From Desulfosudaceae bacterium (GTDB taxonomy: Bacteria > Desulfobacterota > Desulfobacteria > Desulfobacterales > Desulfosudaceae), in NCBI GenBank assembly GCA_963674745.2, contig CAXXDV010000003.1, positions 832,001 to 896,000 of the forward strand: a DNA stretch of 64,000 bases, in the 5' to 3' direction. Shown piece by piece: positions 9,160 through 19,315 of this stretch. The notes beneath the pieces were generated by a model that was given only the letters and a program-made list of their open reading frames with translations, ran no database searches and had not been told where the DNA came from. Positions within the stretch are counted from its first letter, which is position 1. Every line of letters begins with the position of its first letter. The translations under genes and the position numbers were made by a program.

Positions 9160-10083
9160 ATGAGAACATTTTTTGTAAACGCGGGAATGCTGATGTTAAT
9201 GCTCCTGTTCTTTTATCCTTCGGTCTGCGCGGCGGGTGATGACGAACCGGTATTGATCATATCACCGTTTGTCGAATACCAGTATCACACTGACAAGGGC
9301 GGGGCCGAGGATGTGCTGGATAATATTAATGACCTGGTCGGTGGATGGCTGCGGGGATATAAAGACGTCGAACTTTTTGAACATTTGTGCCTGATAGGCG
9401 CTGAAGTCAGGTTGATGCGGCCTGAACTGCCGAAAGGATTGCATCTTTTCGGCTCGTTAGCGGGCACAACCGGTTCCACGGACATGTTGAATGATGATTA
9501 TGACAAACAGTACGAACTGAACTCCTTTCCGGCCATACCGGGGGTTGTGGATGTAGCGGATTTTCCTTTTGTTGACCTTGATGGCGACATGCGTATCCGC
9601 GTGGATCAGTACCTGGATTATTACATTCCTGTGCAGGTGGGCATCCGGTATGAACCGAAACCGGATAAAACCTTGTCCTGGTTCGGTTCGCTTTCCGGCG
9701 GGGTGCTGTTTTACAAGGGCGGTATGGATATTGACGTTGACATGTCAGGAACTGCCCGGGTCCTGTTAATTAACGGACAGACGTCGGCCTCATACCGGGG
9801 AAAGGTGGAAGTAAAGGATATCGGGTGGATCATGTCCGCCCTGGTCGGTATGCGGTATCACTGGAAGAAGAACCTGACCTCGTCTGTTGCCGTTGGTTTT
9901 GAGACCGGTCGGTTGAGCGATAATGCCGACATAGACGGTAAGTTTTCCGGAAATGTAAGGATCGACTCATCAATTTTTGATTTTGACACCCCTTTTTCAA
10001 TGGATATCGACAGCAGCGAATCGGTTGATCTCCGGACCGACGGCTGGCGTGTGCGGGTAGGCATTATTGAGTGGGCGTGGTAG
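9160..10083 (+). CDS. Exported protein, probable outer-membrane beta-barrel of unknown function
   Basis: SD aaagga before ATG 9160; signal peptide; alternating amphipathic strands; terminal Trp (IIEWAW). Confidence 0.6.
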   Translation: MRTFFVNAGMLMLMLLFFYPSVCAAGDDEPVLIISPFVEYQYHTDKGGAEDVLDNINDLVGGWLRGYKDVELFEHLCLIGAEVRLMRPELPKGLHLFGSLAGTTGSTDMLNDDYDKQYELNSFPAIPGVVDVADFPFVDLDGDMRIRVDQYLDYYIPVQVGIRYEPKPDKTLSWFGSLSGGVLFYKGGMDIDVDMSGTARVLLINGQTSASYRGKVEVKDIGWIMSALVGMRYHWKKNLTSSVAVGFETGRLSDNADIDGKFSGNVRIDSSIFDFDTPFSMDIDSSESVDLRTDGWRVRVGIIEWAW

Positions 10084-10092
10084 GGGAGGGGC

Positions 10093-11292
10093 TCAGATGG
10101 ACAGCCGTTTCCATTTCAGGGCATGGGCAATGATGATGCCGGTGATAAATCCGGCTGCCAGGTTTGATGCCAGGCTGATGCTCAGGATGAGCATGGCCAC
10201 GAAATAGTCTTTTCGGTTCTCCAGGTCCATGATGGTCAGGGCCAACTGACCGCCGGCAAATACCAGCAGAACACCCAGGATTGACAAGGGTAAAAGATTT
10301 AGGAACCCGATAATATTGTCACCCAGAAGAACCGCCAGGAAGACAAAAGACAACCCGATGATGACATTGGAACCGGCGGTCCGGCCGCCGAAACGGTAAT
10401 GAGCCGCCAGTCCGCCGGCACCATGACAGAGCGGCATGCCACCCAGGCAGAAGCTGAGACAATTGGCCAGGGCCATGCTGATGCAGACCCTGCGATTGGT
10501 CACTCTGGTTGACTTTTTTCCGAAATACGTCCTGGAAAGATCCGTGTAGGCCAATACCGCGTTTCCGAGTGTCATGGGTAACTGCGGCAACACCAGTACC
10601 AGGACGGCAAAGGAAAAGTCGGCTTTGGCCGGGAAACCGAAGGGGAGCAGCTGCGGCAGGTGTAAACCGATAAAACCGTTATCCGGGGCGAATCTGGCCC
10701 CCAGGGCCAGACCGGTCAGAAGCCCGCCGACAACCAGAATCAGGCCGGCCGGCAGTTTTTTATTATCCAGGAGCAGCAGGGTGATCACCCCGGCGGTGAT
10801 TCCGATGATCAGGCTGACAGGAACAGGTCCGATAGCCTGGAGCGCGAGATGTGGCTCAACCGCCTTGCTGAGCAATTGGAACATGGATTGGCCGATGATT
10901 AATTTAATGCCGCTGACAATCAGCACAACCCCGGTGGACAACTGTACGCCCCGGATGACGGATTGCGGGGTCGTTCGTCGGATAATGTCGATAGCACCGG
11001 TAATGCCGGCTATCATCAGAAAAATCCCCATCAGCAGGGACGATGCCTGGATCTGGTCGGGGGTCATGGCGGTGGCAATGGCATAGGCCCCGATGACTTT
11101 CATGGGCTGGACCGGTACCGTAACACCGAAGTAGGCACCTGCCAGAAGATAGAATACCCCGACACTTAAAAACAACCCCAGGGGGTTGAGGCCATTGAAG
11201 AGGACCATGGCAATGGCAATGGGCAGCAGGGTGCCCAGATCGCCCAGGGATCCGGCCACTTCCATCCGGTTAAATTTGAATCGGTCGGTCAT
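10093..11292 (-). CDS. MOT1-family molybdate/sulfate transporter
   Basis: GSLGDLGT, PVQPMK, PLCHGAGGLAAHYRFG. Confidence 0.85.
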   Translation of the reverse strand: MTDRFKFNRMEVAGSLGDLGTLLPIAIAMVLFNGLNPLGLFLSVGVFYLLAGAYFGVTVPVQPMKVIGAYAIATAMTPDQIQASSLLMGIFLMIAGITGAIDIIRRTTPQSVIRGVQLSTGVVLIVSGIKLIIGQSMFQLLSKAVEPHLALQAIGPVPVSLIIGITAGVITLLLLDNKKLPAGLILVVGGLLTGLALGARFAPDNGFIGLHLPQLLPFGFPAKADFSFAVLVLVLPQLPMTLGNAVLAYTDLSRTYFGKKSTRVTNRRVCISMALANCLSFCLGGMPLCHGAGGLAAHYRFGGRTAGSNVIIGLSFVFLAVLLGDNIIGFLNLLPLSILGVLLVFAGGQLALTIMDLENRKDYFVAMLILSISLASNLAAGFITGIIIAHALKWKRLSI

Positions 11293-11365
11293 ATCCGTTT
11301 TTCTCCTGCCAATTTGTGGATTGTTTTACAGTATAGATAATCTTATGGCGGGATCAAACGGTTTT

Positions 11366-12385
11366 TTAAGTGTCCGATTGGTTATTCCGTTGTTTTTCGT
11401 ACATGTCCGCCAGGGTCGGTAGAAAAGCGGTGACATCCGCCACGATGCAGAAGTCGGCCACAGAGAAGATGGCCGCATTGGAATCGGTATTCACGGCCAC
11501 GATGCATTGGGAATCTTTCATGCCGTACAGGTGCTGCTGGGCACCGGAAATCCCGCAGGCCAGGTAGAGTTTCGGGGCGACGGTTTTACCGGTTGCGCCC
11601 ACCTGGCGGGAATAAGGCAACCACTTGAGATCGCACAGAGGGCGCGAGGCGGCCACGGCGGCATTGGGAAACAGCCTGGCCATCCGGTTGACCAGTTCAA
11701 GATTCTCTTCACTGCCGATTCCACGGCCGGCAGCGATGATAATGTCGGCCTTGTCAATGGCCGCGTCCGTGTCGTCGGCTGACGTGATTTCCAGGGGTTG
11801 ATAACCGTCCGAAGTCCCTTCTACCTTGATACTGGTAATATCCGGCTGGGCCGATTGTCCTTTGTCGTTTGGGTCATAGCTGAAGGCTCCGGGCAGGACG
11901 GTCAGGACAACCGGCCGGTTGACAGGTCTGGTTTCCATGACCATTTTGCCATTGAACAATGCCCGTTGAAAAATAATATCCCGATTTTCTTGTATCCGCA
12001 TATCGTTTACCGCGGAAATGCATACGGCGCCGGTTTTGGCCGCTGTCACGGCCGCTGCCTGGCATCCTGCGGCGGTATGAAGAAAACAGACGTAATCAAA
12101 CGGTGTCTCTTCTATCAGGTTGACAACCACATCTGCTGTCAGGGCCGGGTTGGGATATCGGAAGCCCCGGCTGTCGGCAACGTAAGCGTGAAAGCCGGTT
12201 TGCGCCGAAAAGGCGCCTGCCCGCTCTGCAATTTCACGGCCGCAAATCAGAAAGCATTTCCGGCCTCCGGAAGAGGGCGAAAGCTGTTCGGCCAGAACCG
12301 ACAGTTCGGCGCTGTTGGCGGCTATCCGGTTACCTGTGGTATCCGTTATCATCAGAATATTATAACTCAAGGGGCTTCCTTTCAT
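11366..12385 (-). CDS. etfA: Electron transfer flavoprotein alpha subunit
   Basis: AAGRGIG, ASRP, QVGATGKTVAPKLYLACGISGAQQH. Confidence 0.92.
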   Translation of the reverse strand: MKGSPLSYNILMITDTTGNRIAANSAELSVLAEQLSPSSGGRKCFLICGREIAERAGAFSAQTGFHAYVADSRGFRYPNPALTADVVVNLIEETPFDYVCFLHTAAGCQAAAVTAAKTGAVCISAVNDMRIQENRDIIFQRALFNGKMVMETRPVNRPVVLTVLPGAFSYDPNDKGQSAQPDITSIKVEGTSDGYQPLEITSADDTDAAIDKADIIIAAGRGIGSEENLELVNRMARLFPNAAVAASRPLCDLKWLPYSRQVGATGKTVAPKLYLACGISGAQQHLYGMKDSQCIVAVNTDSNAAIFSVADFCIVADVTAFLPTLADMYEKQRNNQSDT

Positions 12386-13158
12386 ATCAGTGATTGTTTG
12401 TGCAGGATATCAAGCAGGGCAACGGCTTTTTCTTCCAGGTTGCCCTGGATAAATTCGCCGGTACCCGTTTTCGGCGGGCTGAAAACAGACATCAGGTGTT
12501 GCCGCTGTTCCGGTAGCGCACTCGCGTTGAGATCGATGACCTTAATTTCCTGGGATTTTGCCCGTAGCCGGTTAGACAGCGAAGCGTACCGTGGCTGATT
12601 GATGCCGGACTGGACGCACAATACCGACGGCAGGGGCAGCTTGACGGTTTCATGTAAGCCGCCTTCCAGTTCACAGACAACTTTAACGGTTCCGAATTCG
12701 GGCTCAAGCGTCTGGTTTACAACAGCCGTGGCGCAGGGCAGGCCACACAGGGCCGCTGTCATGGGGCCTGTCAGGCTTTGCATGGCATCTTCGGACATAA
12801 CACCAAGCAGAACCAGATCATATGAATCAGATTGAATTAATTGCGCGATATGGAAGGCCGTTTCTTCGGCCGGCAGAAATCCGTTTCCGTCGCATCGGAT
12901 GTGAACGGCATTGTCGGCACCCAGTGCCAGTGCCTGTCTTAACGTGCTTTCGGCCCTGGCCGGCCCTATGGTCAAAACGTCAATGGTGACGTCTTTGAAC
13001 TGTTCCTTAATCCTGACGGCTTCCTCCACGGCAAATTCGTCAAAATAGTTCATGTGATAGCGGGTTTCTTCATCTTCCAATATCCAGAGACGGTCTGGCC
13101 GGATATCGATCTGTTGCTCAATGTCGACGACCTGTTTGACGCATACGAGGATTTTCAT
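12382..13158 (-). CDS. etfB: Electron transfer flavoprotein beta subunit
   Basis: MKILVCVKQV, DEFAVEEA, ALALGAD, NQPRYASL; 4-nt overlap with etfA. Confidence 0.92.
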   Translation of the reverse strand: MKILVCVKQVVDIEQQIDIRPDRLWILEDEETRYHMNYFDEFAVEEAVRIKEQFKDVTIDVLTIGPARAESTLRQALALGADNAVHIRCDGNGFLPAEETAFHIAQLIQSDSYDLVLLGVMSEDAMQSLTGPMTAALCGLPCATAVVNQTLEPEFGTVKVVCELEGGLHETVKLPLPSVLCVQSGINQPRYASLSNRLRAKSQEIKVIDLNASALPEQRQHLMSVFSPPKTGTGEFIQGNLEEKAVALLDILHKQSLI

Positions 13159-13244
13159 GTGGTGTTGTTTCCATAACCATTTAGGCGTTGTTTTTAGAGG
13201 GGCCCTTTTTTAATTAAATATATATTAACGAAGGAAAACGTAAG

Positions 13245-13307
13245 TTTCAAGAAAAAAACGAACGTTCGTTAGATTTTTCTTGACTTGGAAAATTTCCCGC
13301 GTATTAT
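13245..13307. promoter_or_regulatory. Divergent promoter region with palindromic operator
   Basis: Perfect 14-bp palindrome aacgaacgttcgtt (13257-13270) inside tcaagaaaaa...tttttcttga; ttgact (13280) and tattat (13302) on the + strand. Confidence 0.55.
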
Positions 13308-13331
13308 GAATTGAAAATAACGGAGATGTTT

Positions 13332-14042
13332 ATGAGTACACTTTACTTTATCCGCCACGCTCAGGCTTCATTTGCCAAACAGAACTATGATCAGTTATCA
13401 GACCGGGGCATCGTTCAGGCCAGGCATCTGGCCGCCTATCTGCTCGATCAGAATATTATTTTTGACAAGATATATATCGGGCCTCAGGTACGGCATCGTC
13501 AGACTGCGGACGAATATATTTCTTTATGTCGAACGGCTGGTATCAATGATTTTACGATTACTGAACTGGCGGATCTGGCGGAGTATGATTTTGGCGGTGT
13601 GTTGAAAACCCTGATGCCGATCATGGCGGCCGAAGATGCTTCCTTTAATGATGACATCAGCCGGATGTTTGCCGACGGCAGAGCCTTTCAGCGGGTGTTT
13701 GAAACAGCCGCCATGAAATGGGTAAAGGGAGAATATCCGCCATGCGACCTGATGACCTGGAATGATTTTTTCGCCCGGGTGAATCGGGGTATTGATACGA
13801 TCCTCAAGCAGGACGGCCAGGGGCGCCAGGTGGCAGTGTTTACTTCAGGTGGGCCACTTGCGGTTGCGGCACAACGCGCCATGGGCCTTTCTGATGAGAT
13901 GACCATGCGGCTTAACTGGCAGGTTATCAACTGTTCATTGACGCGTTTTAAGTCCACGTTTGAGACCATGATGCTGTCGTCTTTTAATGAGCATTACTGG
14001 CTGATGGGGGCTGAGAAAGAAGGCATGATCACATATAGATGA
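13332..14042 (+). CDS. Histidine phosphatase family protein
   Basis: IRHAQASF (RHG variant), YDQLS, EYD, VFTSGG, SFNEH; SD ggag before ATG 13332. Confidence 0.88.
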   Translation: MSTLYFIRHAQASFAKQNYDQLSDRGIVQARHLAAYLLDQNIIFDKIYIGPQVRHRQTADEYISLCRTAGINDFTITELADLAEYDFGGVLKTLMPIMAAEDASFNDDISRMFADGRAFQRVFETAAMKWVKGEYPPCDLMTWNDFFARVNRGIDTILKQDGQGRQVAVFTSGGPLAVAAQRAMGLSDEMTMRLNWQVINCSLTRFKSTFETMMLSSFNEHYWLMGAEKEGMITYR

Positions 14043-14081
14043 TGTGTTAGTTGTCATAATTAACAATAGCGGGAGGAAACC

Positions 14082-15281
14082 ATGGATTTTGAAATATCCG
14101 ATCGGATGAAGACAATTTTAGAAATGATCAATGAGTTTGTGGAAAAAGAACTGGTCCCACTTGAGGCGGAGTTCATAAACCATGACTTTAAGGAAATGGT
14201 GCCGGTACTGGCCGAAAAACGGGAAATGGTCAAGAAAATGGAGCTGTGGGGGCCTCAGATTCCTGAAGAATTGGGTGGAATGGGACTTTCCCTGGTGGAA
14301 CATGGCCTGGTTTCAGAAGCCCTGGGCGGATGTCCGCTGGGCCATTATGTGTTCGGATGTCAGGCACCGGACGCCGGCAATATCGAAATTCTTCATTTGC
14401 ATGGTACCGAAGAACAGAAAGATCAATATTTGCAGCCCCTGGTTGATGGCAAAATTCGCAGTTGTTTTTCCATGACAGAGGTGGATCTGGCGGGTTCCAA
14501 CCCGGTTATGCTGGACACCACCGCCGTCAAAGACGGGGATGATTATGTCATCAATGGTCATAAATGGTACACCACTGCCGCTGACGGCGCTAAATTCGCG
14601 ATTGTTATGGCGGTCACCAATCCTGAAGCACCGGTCTATTTACGGGCCAGTATGATCATTGTTCCCACGGACACGCTCGGTTTCAACCTGGTGAGAAATC
14701 TCCCGGTTATGGGGGAAAAAGGGAGTGATTACGCCAGTCACGGTGAAATTCTTTATCAGTCCTGCCGTGTGCCGCAGAAAAATCTGCTTGGACCGGAAGG
14801 GCACGGTTTTGTTATCGCCCAGGAAAGACTGGGGCCGGGCCGGATCCATCACTGCATGCGCTGGCTGGGTATCTGCAAGCGATGTTTTGAGATGATGTGC
14901 CGACGCGCCAATCAGCGAATGATTCTGCCTGATGGCCGTACCCTGGCCACGCGGCAGATTATCAGGGAGTGGGTAGCGGATTCGGCCGCTGAAATTCAGG
15001 CCGCACGGTTGATGACCCTGCATGCCGCCTGGATGATTGACAACCACGGACAGAAGGAGGCCCGCAATTATGTTTCCTATATCAAGTACACGGTAGCCAA
15101 TACCATGCTGCGGGTGATCGATCGGGCGCTGCAGGTTCACGGCGGACTCGGCATGACCGACGATACCATCCTGGCCTTTTTCTATCGCCATGAACGGGCG
15201 GCCCGGATTTATGACGGCGCCGATGAAGTTCATAAGATGTCGGTGGCCAAGCGCATTCTGAGAGAGTATGAGGGCAAGTAG
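14082..15281 (+). CDS. Acyl-CoA dehydrogenase, ACAD10/11 (LvaC-like) type
   Basis: CQAPDAGNIE, SCFSMTE, NGHKW, AQERLGPGRIHHCMR, RIYDGADEVH. Confidence 0.92.
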   Translation: MDFEISDRMKTILEMINEFVEKELVPLEAEFINHDFKEMVPVLAEKREMVKKMELWGPQIPEELGGMGLSLVEHGLVSEALGGCPLGHYVFGCQAPDAGNIEILHLHGTEEQKDQYLQPLVDGKIRSCFSMTEVDLAGSNPVMLDTTAVKDGDDYVINGHKWYTTAADGAKFAIVMAVTNPEAPVYLRASMIIVPTDTLGFNLVRNLPVMGEKGSDYASHGEILYQSCRVPQKNLLGPEGHGFVIAQERLGPGRIHHCMRWLGICKRCFEMMCRRANQRMILPDGRTLATRQIIREWVADSAAEIQAARLMTLHAAWMIDNHGQKEARNYVSYIKYTVANTMLRVIDRALQVHGGLGMTDDTILAFFYRHERAARIYDGADEVHKMSVAKRILREYEGK

Positions 15282-15290
15282 CTGATTGTA

Positions 15291-15977
15291 ATGACATACG
15301 CCGACTTCAAAGATAAGGTAATGCTTTCCATGGAAGATATCTGTCGTGATATCTTCCATGAAAACAGGGATGCCATCAAGGTGAAAAAAGAAGCCGTGGT
15401 GGTGAAAAATCTGGTCAATATTTATGAGGCCACCCTGCGGCTGAGCAATAAAAAAGGTTTTCACTCCATGAGCCTTCGGGAACTGGCCAGGGAAACCAGC
15501 TTGAGCCTGGGCGCCCTGTATTCCTATTTTTCAAACAAGGAACAGCTTCTGGCGATCATCCAGGAGCAGGGGTACCGGATCACCGGCCGGTTGCTGGAAG
15601 AGGAGATCAATAAATCATCCGATCCGGTTCAAAAGCTCGATATTGCCATCCGAACGCATCTGTATCTAAGCGAAAGCATGCAGCCCTGGTTTTATTTTTT
15701 CTTTATGGAAGCAAAGAACCTGAACAAAGAAACACAGAAAACGGTCATTGCCAGTGAGCTGTATACAGAACAGATTTTTACCGATATTATTGATCAGGGG
15801 GTTAAGGCCGGCGTGTTTTTAACCGACAACAAGCTGCTGACGGCATCTGTTATCAAAACCATGCTCCAGGACTGGTATTTGAAGCGGTGGAAGCATATAA
15901 AAAGAGATATCAATGTTGATGATTATGCGGATTTTGTTATTAAGTTTGTATTGCAGGCGTTAAACGGAAAGCATTAA
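15291..15977 (+). CDS. TetR/AcrR family regulator
   Basis: KGFHSMSLRELARETSLSLGALYSYFSNKEQL HTH. Confidence 0.9.
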   Translation: MTYADFKDKVMLSMEDICRDIFHENRDAIKVKKEAVVVKNLVNIYEATLRLSNKKGFHSMSLRELARETSLSLGALYSYFSNKEQLLAIIQEQGYRITGRLLEEEINKSSDPVQKLDIAIRTHLYLSESMQPWFYFFFMEAKNLNKETQKTVIASELYTEQIFTDIIDQGVKAGVFLTDNKLLTASVIKTMLQDWYLKRWKHIKRDINVDDYADFVIKFVLQALNGKH

Positions 15978-16004
15978 GGCAATTTGTTTGCGATTGAACG
16001 TTTC

Positions 16005-16283
16005 AGGTGGTTAAGTGAAAAGTGGTTAAGTGATTATGTGTTTAAGTGATTATGTGATTAAACAATTGGTCTTAACCATGTTTGTTGTCATGACGATGTT
16101 GGTGACAAGGCGCTTAATATTCATTAAAGCTAAAATTGACTTAACCACCTAATCACAAACACTTTAAAGCAGAATTTTTACTTATCGATTCGGTACCAGG
16201 CTATGCCCGGATATGACGCTAAAAACGTAAACACCTAAACACTTAATCACTTAATCACATAAACACCTAATCACATAAACACA
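16005..16283. repeat. Intergenic insert bounded by inverted 8-mer tandem arrays
   Basis: Left array of aagtggtt/aagtgatt/atgtgttt units (16005-16060); right array of taaacacc/taatcact/taatcaca units (16228-16283). Confidence 0.8.
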
Positions 16284-16299
16284 AATTTGAGGAACCTCG

Positions 16300-17367
16300 A
16301 TGAATGTCATAGATCAACCGAAAGCGATCAGAGAAGGGGAACAATTTGATCTGCAGAAGGTCGAAACGTATTTAAAGGACACCATACCCGGACTTGAAGG
16401 CGCCCTGACGGTCAAACAGTTCCCCAGCGGTTTTTCGAACCTGACGTATTTTCTGAAACTGGGAGATACCGAAATGGTGCTGCGGCGGCCGCCATTTGGT
16501 AAAAAGGCTAAAACGGCTCACGACATGTCCAGGGAATACCGTATCTTAAAGGCGCTGCACCCGGTTTTTCCCTATTGCCCGGAACCACTGGCCTTTTGTG
16601 ATGATTCGTCGGTGTTGGGATGTGATTTTTATGTCATGAATTGTATTCGTGGGGTTGTGCTGCGCAAAAACATCCCGTCTGAGCTGTCCATGACACCGGA
16701 TCAGGTCAGAAAATTATGTGACAGTATGATTGATGTCTTTTGCCGGCTGCATGACATTGATTATAAGGCCATCGGTCTGGACGATTTTGGAAAACCCGAG
16801 GGATATGTCAGACGACAGGTGGAAGGATGGAGCCGTCGCTACCGGGATGCCAGAACCCCGGACGCGCCGGATTGCGAAACAGTCATGGCCTGGCTGCATG
16901 AAAACATGCCGGCTGATGTAAGCGATTCCTGTATTATTCATAATGATTACAAGTTCGACAACCTTGTCTTGAACCCGGATAATCCCTTGGAAATTATTGG
17001 CGTCTTTGACTGGGAAATGGCGACTCTGGGCGATCCGCTCATGGACCTGGGGTCATCTCTGGGATACTGGGTGCAGGCCGACGATTCAGAGGAGCAGGTC
17101 CTTATTCGAATGTTGCCCACAACGGCCGAAGGCATGATGACCAGGCGTGAAGTGGTTGACGCCTATCTTGCCAAAAGCGGCCGGTCGGTTGATGATTTTA
17201 ATTTTTATTATGTGTTCGGTCTTTTTCGTCTGGCTGTGATCGCCCAGCAGATTTATTACCGTTTTTATCATGGACAGACCAAGGACGAGCGGTTCGGCCT
17301 GTTGATCGCGGCGGTGGAGGTTTTAGAACGCGTCGCGCTCAGGTCCATGGAAAAGTCGGAATTCTGA
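16300..17367 (+). CDS. APH-family phosphotransferase (ACAD10/11 kinase domain, LvaA-like)
   Basis: QFPSGFSNLTY, LRRPP, AHDMSRE, HNDYKFDN, DWEMATLGDPLMDL. Confidence 0.92.
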   Translation: MNVIDQPKAIREGEQFDLQKVETYLKDTIPGLEGALTVKQFPSGFSNLTYFLKLGDTEMVLRRPPFGKKAKTAHDMSREYRILKALHPVFPYCPEPLAFCDDSSVLGCDFYVMNCIRGVVLRKNIPSELSMTPDQVRKLCDSMIDVFCRLHDIDYKAIGLDDFGKPEGYVRRQVEGWSRRYRDARTPDAPDCETVMAWLHENMPADVSDSCIIHNDYKFDNLVLNPDNPLEIIGVFDWEMATLGDPLMDLGSSLGYWVQADDSEEQVLIRMLPTTAEGMMTRREVVDAYLAKSGRSVDDFNFYYVFGLFRLAVIAQQIYYRFYHGQTKDERFGLLIAAVEVLERVALRSMEKSEF

Positions 17368-17392
17368 CGGTATTAAAGGGGGGAGGGAATAA

Positions 17393-18265
17393 ATGATTAT
17401 CGACTGCCATTTTCATCTGGAGGAACGTTTACTGTCCCTTGATCAAATTCTGAAAAAAATGGATGTCTGCGGAATAGATAAAACCGCGCTGATGGCACCC
17501 ATGGTTGATCCCATTCCTGAGTCCGGGGCGCTGCTGATCCACCTGTTTCATTTTCTGCTTTTTCACCGATCAACCCGGTGGCTGGCCCGAATACTGGCGG
17601 CCCGTTTTACGGATGACGGCGCCATTAAACTTCCGGCCGGGAACTTTCCCGTTTATCCGGATCCGGATAATGCACTGGTCTTTGATGCCGTTGACAAACA
17701 TCCGGACCGTTTTTACGGCTGGATTTTTGTCAATCCCGGGGGAAAAAACAATCCGGTTGAAGAATACGAACGCTGGAAAGACCATCCCGGTGTGGTCGGT
17801 GTCAAGGCTCATCCTTTCTGGCATCAATACGAACCAATAGAACTCGCGGCGGTTGCCGGCCGGGCTGCCGCGGATGGCCGGCCCCTGTTGATTCATGTCG
17901 GGTTCGGCGCGCATGGCCGCTTTGAGGAGCTGATGGCATCCGTTCCAAAACTGAAATTGATTCTTGCCCACGCGGGTTTTCCTGAATATCGTGATACCTG
18001 GGAGAAAATCGCGGAAAATCAAAATATTCTGGTGGATGTTTCTCAGACCAGCTACGTGGGCGAAAAGATCTTGGACCGGGTTGTAAAAGCATTGGGCGTG
18101 GAAAGGTGCTGTTACGGTACCGACGGGCCCTTTGGGTTCCACGACGAAACCCATACTTTTGACATGTGTTTGATTAAAAAAAGAATTGAAAATCTGCTGC
18201 CGGACCCCGGGGACCGGCAGAAAATTCTGGCAGATAATTTTGCGGCTTTTGCGAATTTAAAATAG
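17393..18265 (+). CDS. Amidohydrolase-2 family protein
   Basis: IIDCHFH, GVKAHP, IHVG, ILAHAG, YGTDGP. Confidence 0.88.
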   Translation: MIIDCHFHLEERLLSLDQILKKMDVCGIDKTALMAPMVDPIPESGALLIHLFHFLLFHRSTRWLARILAARFTDDGAIKLPAGNFPVYPDPDNALVFDAVDKHPDRFYGWIFVNPGGKNNPVEEYERWKDHPGVVGVKAHPFWHQYEPIELAAVAGRAAADGRPLLIHVGFGAHGRFEELMASVPKLKLILAHAGFPEYRDTWEKIAENQNILVDVSQTSYVGEKILDRVVKALGVERCCYGTDGPFGFHDETHTFDMCLIKKRIENLLPDPGDRQKILADNFAAFANLK

Positions 18266-18282
18266 TATTTTAAAGGAGGACG

Positions 18283-19047
18283 ATGATGGTTGATTTTTCA
18301 TTAAAGGACAGGGTGGCCTTGATCACCGGGTCAAGTCGGGGAATAGGGGAAGCCATCGCCATGCTGTTGGCGGCCAATGGCGCACAGTGTATTCTGATCG
18401 GCAGGAAGGTAGATCCCTTGAATACGGTTGCCGCCAATATCGAGAAAGCCGGTGGCAAGGCCGAAGCCCTGGCCTGTCATGTCGGTGATATGGAGCAGTT
18501 GAAAAACCTGTTCGGGCATATCAAGGAAAAGTACGGCAAGCTTGATATCGTCGTTAATAACGCGGCCACCAATCCCTATTTCGGTGATATGCTGAACGCC
18601 GAGGAATGGGCCTGGGACAAGACCAATGATGTCAATCTCAAGGGGCCGTTTTTTATTACCCAGTTTGCGGCCAGGATGATGATTGAAACCGGCAGCAAAG
18701 GATCGATTGTTAACGTGGCTTCGGTCAACGCCGTGAGGCCGGCACCCATGCAGGGCATCTATTCCATCACCAAGGCCGGCGTGGTGGGCATGACCAAAGC
18801 CTTTGCTAAAGAACTGGCGGGCAGTAACATTCGTGTCAACGCCCTTTTGCCGGGTCTGACCGATACCAAGTTCAGCGAAGCCATTGTGGCCAATAAAGCC
18901 ATATATGATTACGCGGTCAGCGGTATCCCCCTGGGCCGTATTGCTCAGCCCGAGGAAATGGCCGGGGCGGTACTTTACCTGGTTTCGGATGCCTCGTCTT
19001 TCACCACCGGCAGTTGCATTACCTGTGATGGAGGCATGCTTGCTTAA
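18283..19047 (+). CDS. Short-chain dehydrogenase/reductase
   Basis: TGSSRGIG, NNAATNP, YSITK, NALLPG. Confidence 0.93.
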   Translation: MMVDFSLKDRVALITGSSRGIGEAIAMLLAANGAQCILIGRKVDPLNTVAANIEKAGGKAEALACHVGDMEQLKNLFGHIKEKYGKLDIVVNNAATNPYFGDMLNAEEWAWDKTNDVNLKGPFFITQFAARMMIETGSKGSIVNVASVNAVRPAPMQGIYSITKAGVVGMTKAFAKELAGSNIRVNALLPGLTDTKFSEAIVANKAIYDYAVSGIPLGRIAQPEEMAGAVLYLVSDASSFTTGSCITCDGGMLA

Positions 19048-19315
19048 CCCGAATATTTCATGAATTTTTTCGACATAGATGAATTTATTTATAAAAGGCA
19101 ATCAATTGAAAGGAAAATTGGGTGCTTCTCAGAAACATATACTGCCGTAAGCGGTTTAATGAATCGAGTATCATTATTGTGTCGAATAATTCACCCTACG
19201 GGCGAGTCACTTTGAACGCTTCTGCTTTGTTGCAGGCCGCTTGCGGTAGGTCGACTACAGCTTCGCGTCCTGCGCCTTGCAAAAGCGTCCAAATCGACTC
19301 GTGAAATATCCGGGT
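19047..19315. mobile_element. MITE-like element with 17-bp imperfect TIRs containing a long hairpin
   Basis: acccgaatatttcatga (19047-19063) / tcgtgaaatatccgggt (19299-19315), 15/17 complementary; internal hairpin 19203-19301. Confidence 0.6.

Noticed and set aside
16005..16283. Possible CRISPR array in this and other repeat-rich spacers
   Set aside because: Units are 7-8 bp and contiguous, with no unique spacers and no cas genes
19122..19304. 60-aa ORF
   Set aside because: Lies within a TIR-bounded hairpin element; no protein motif
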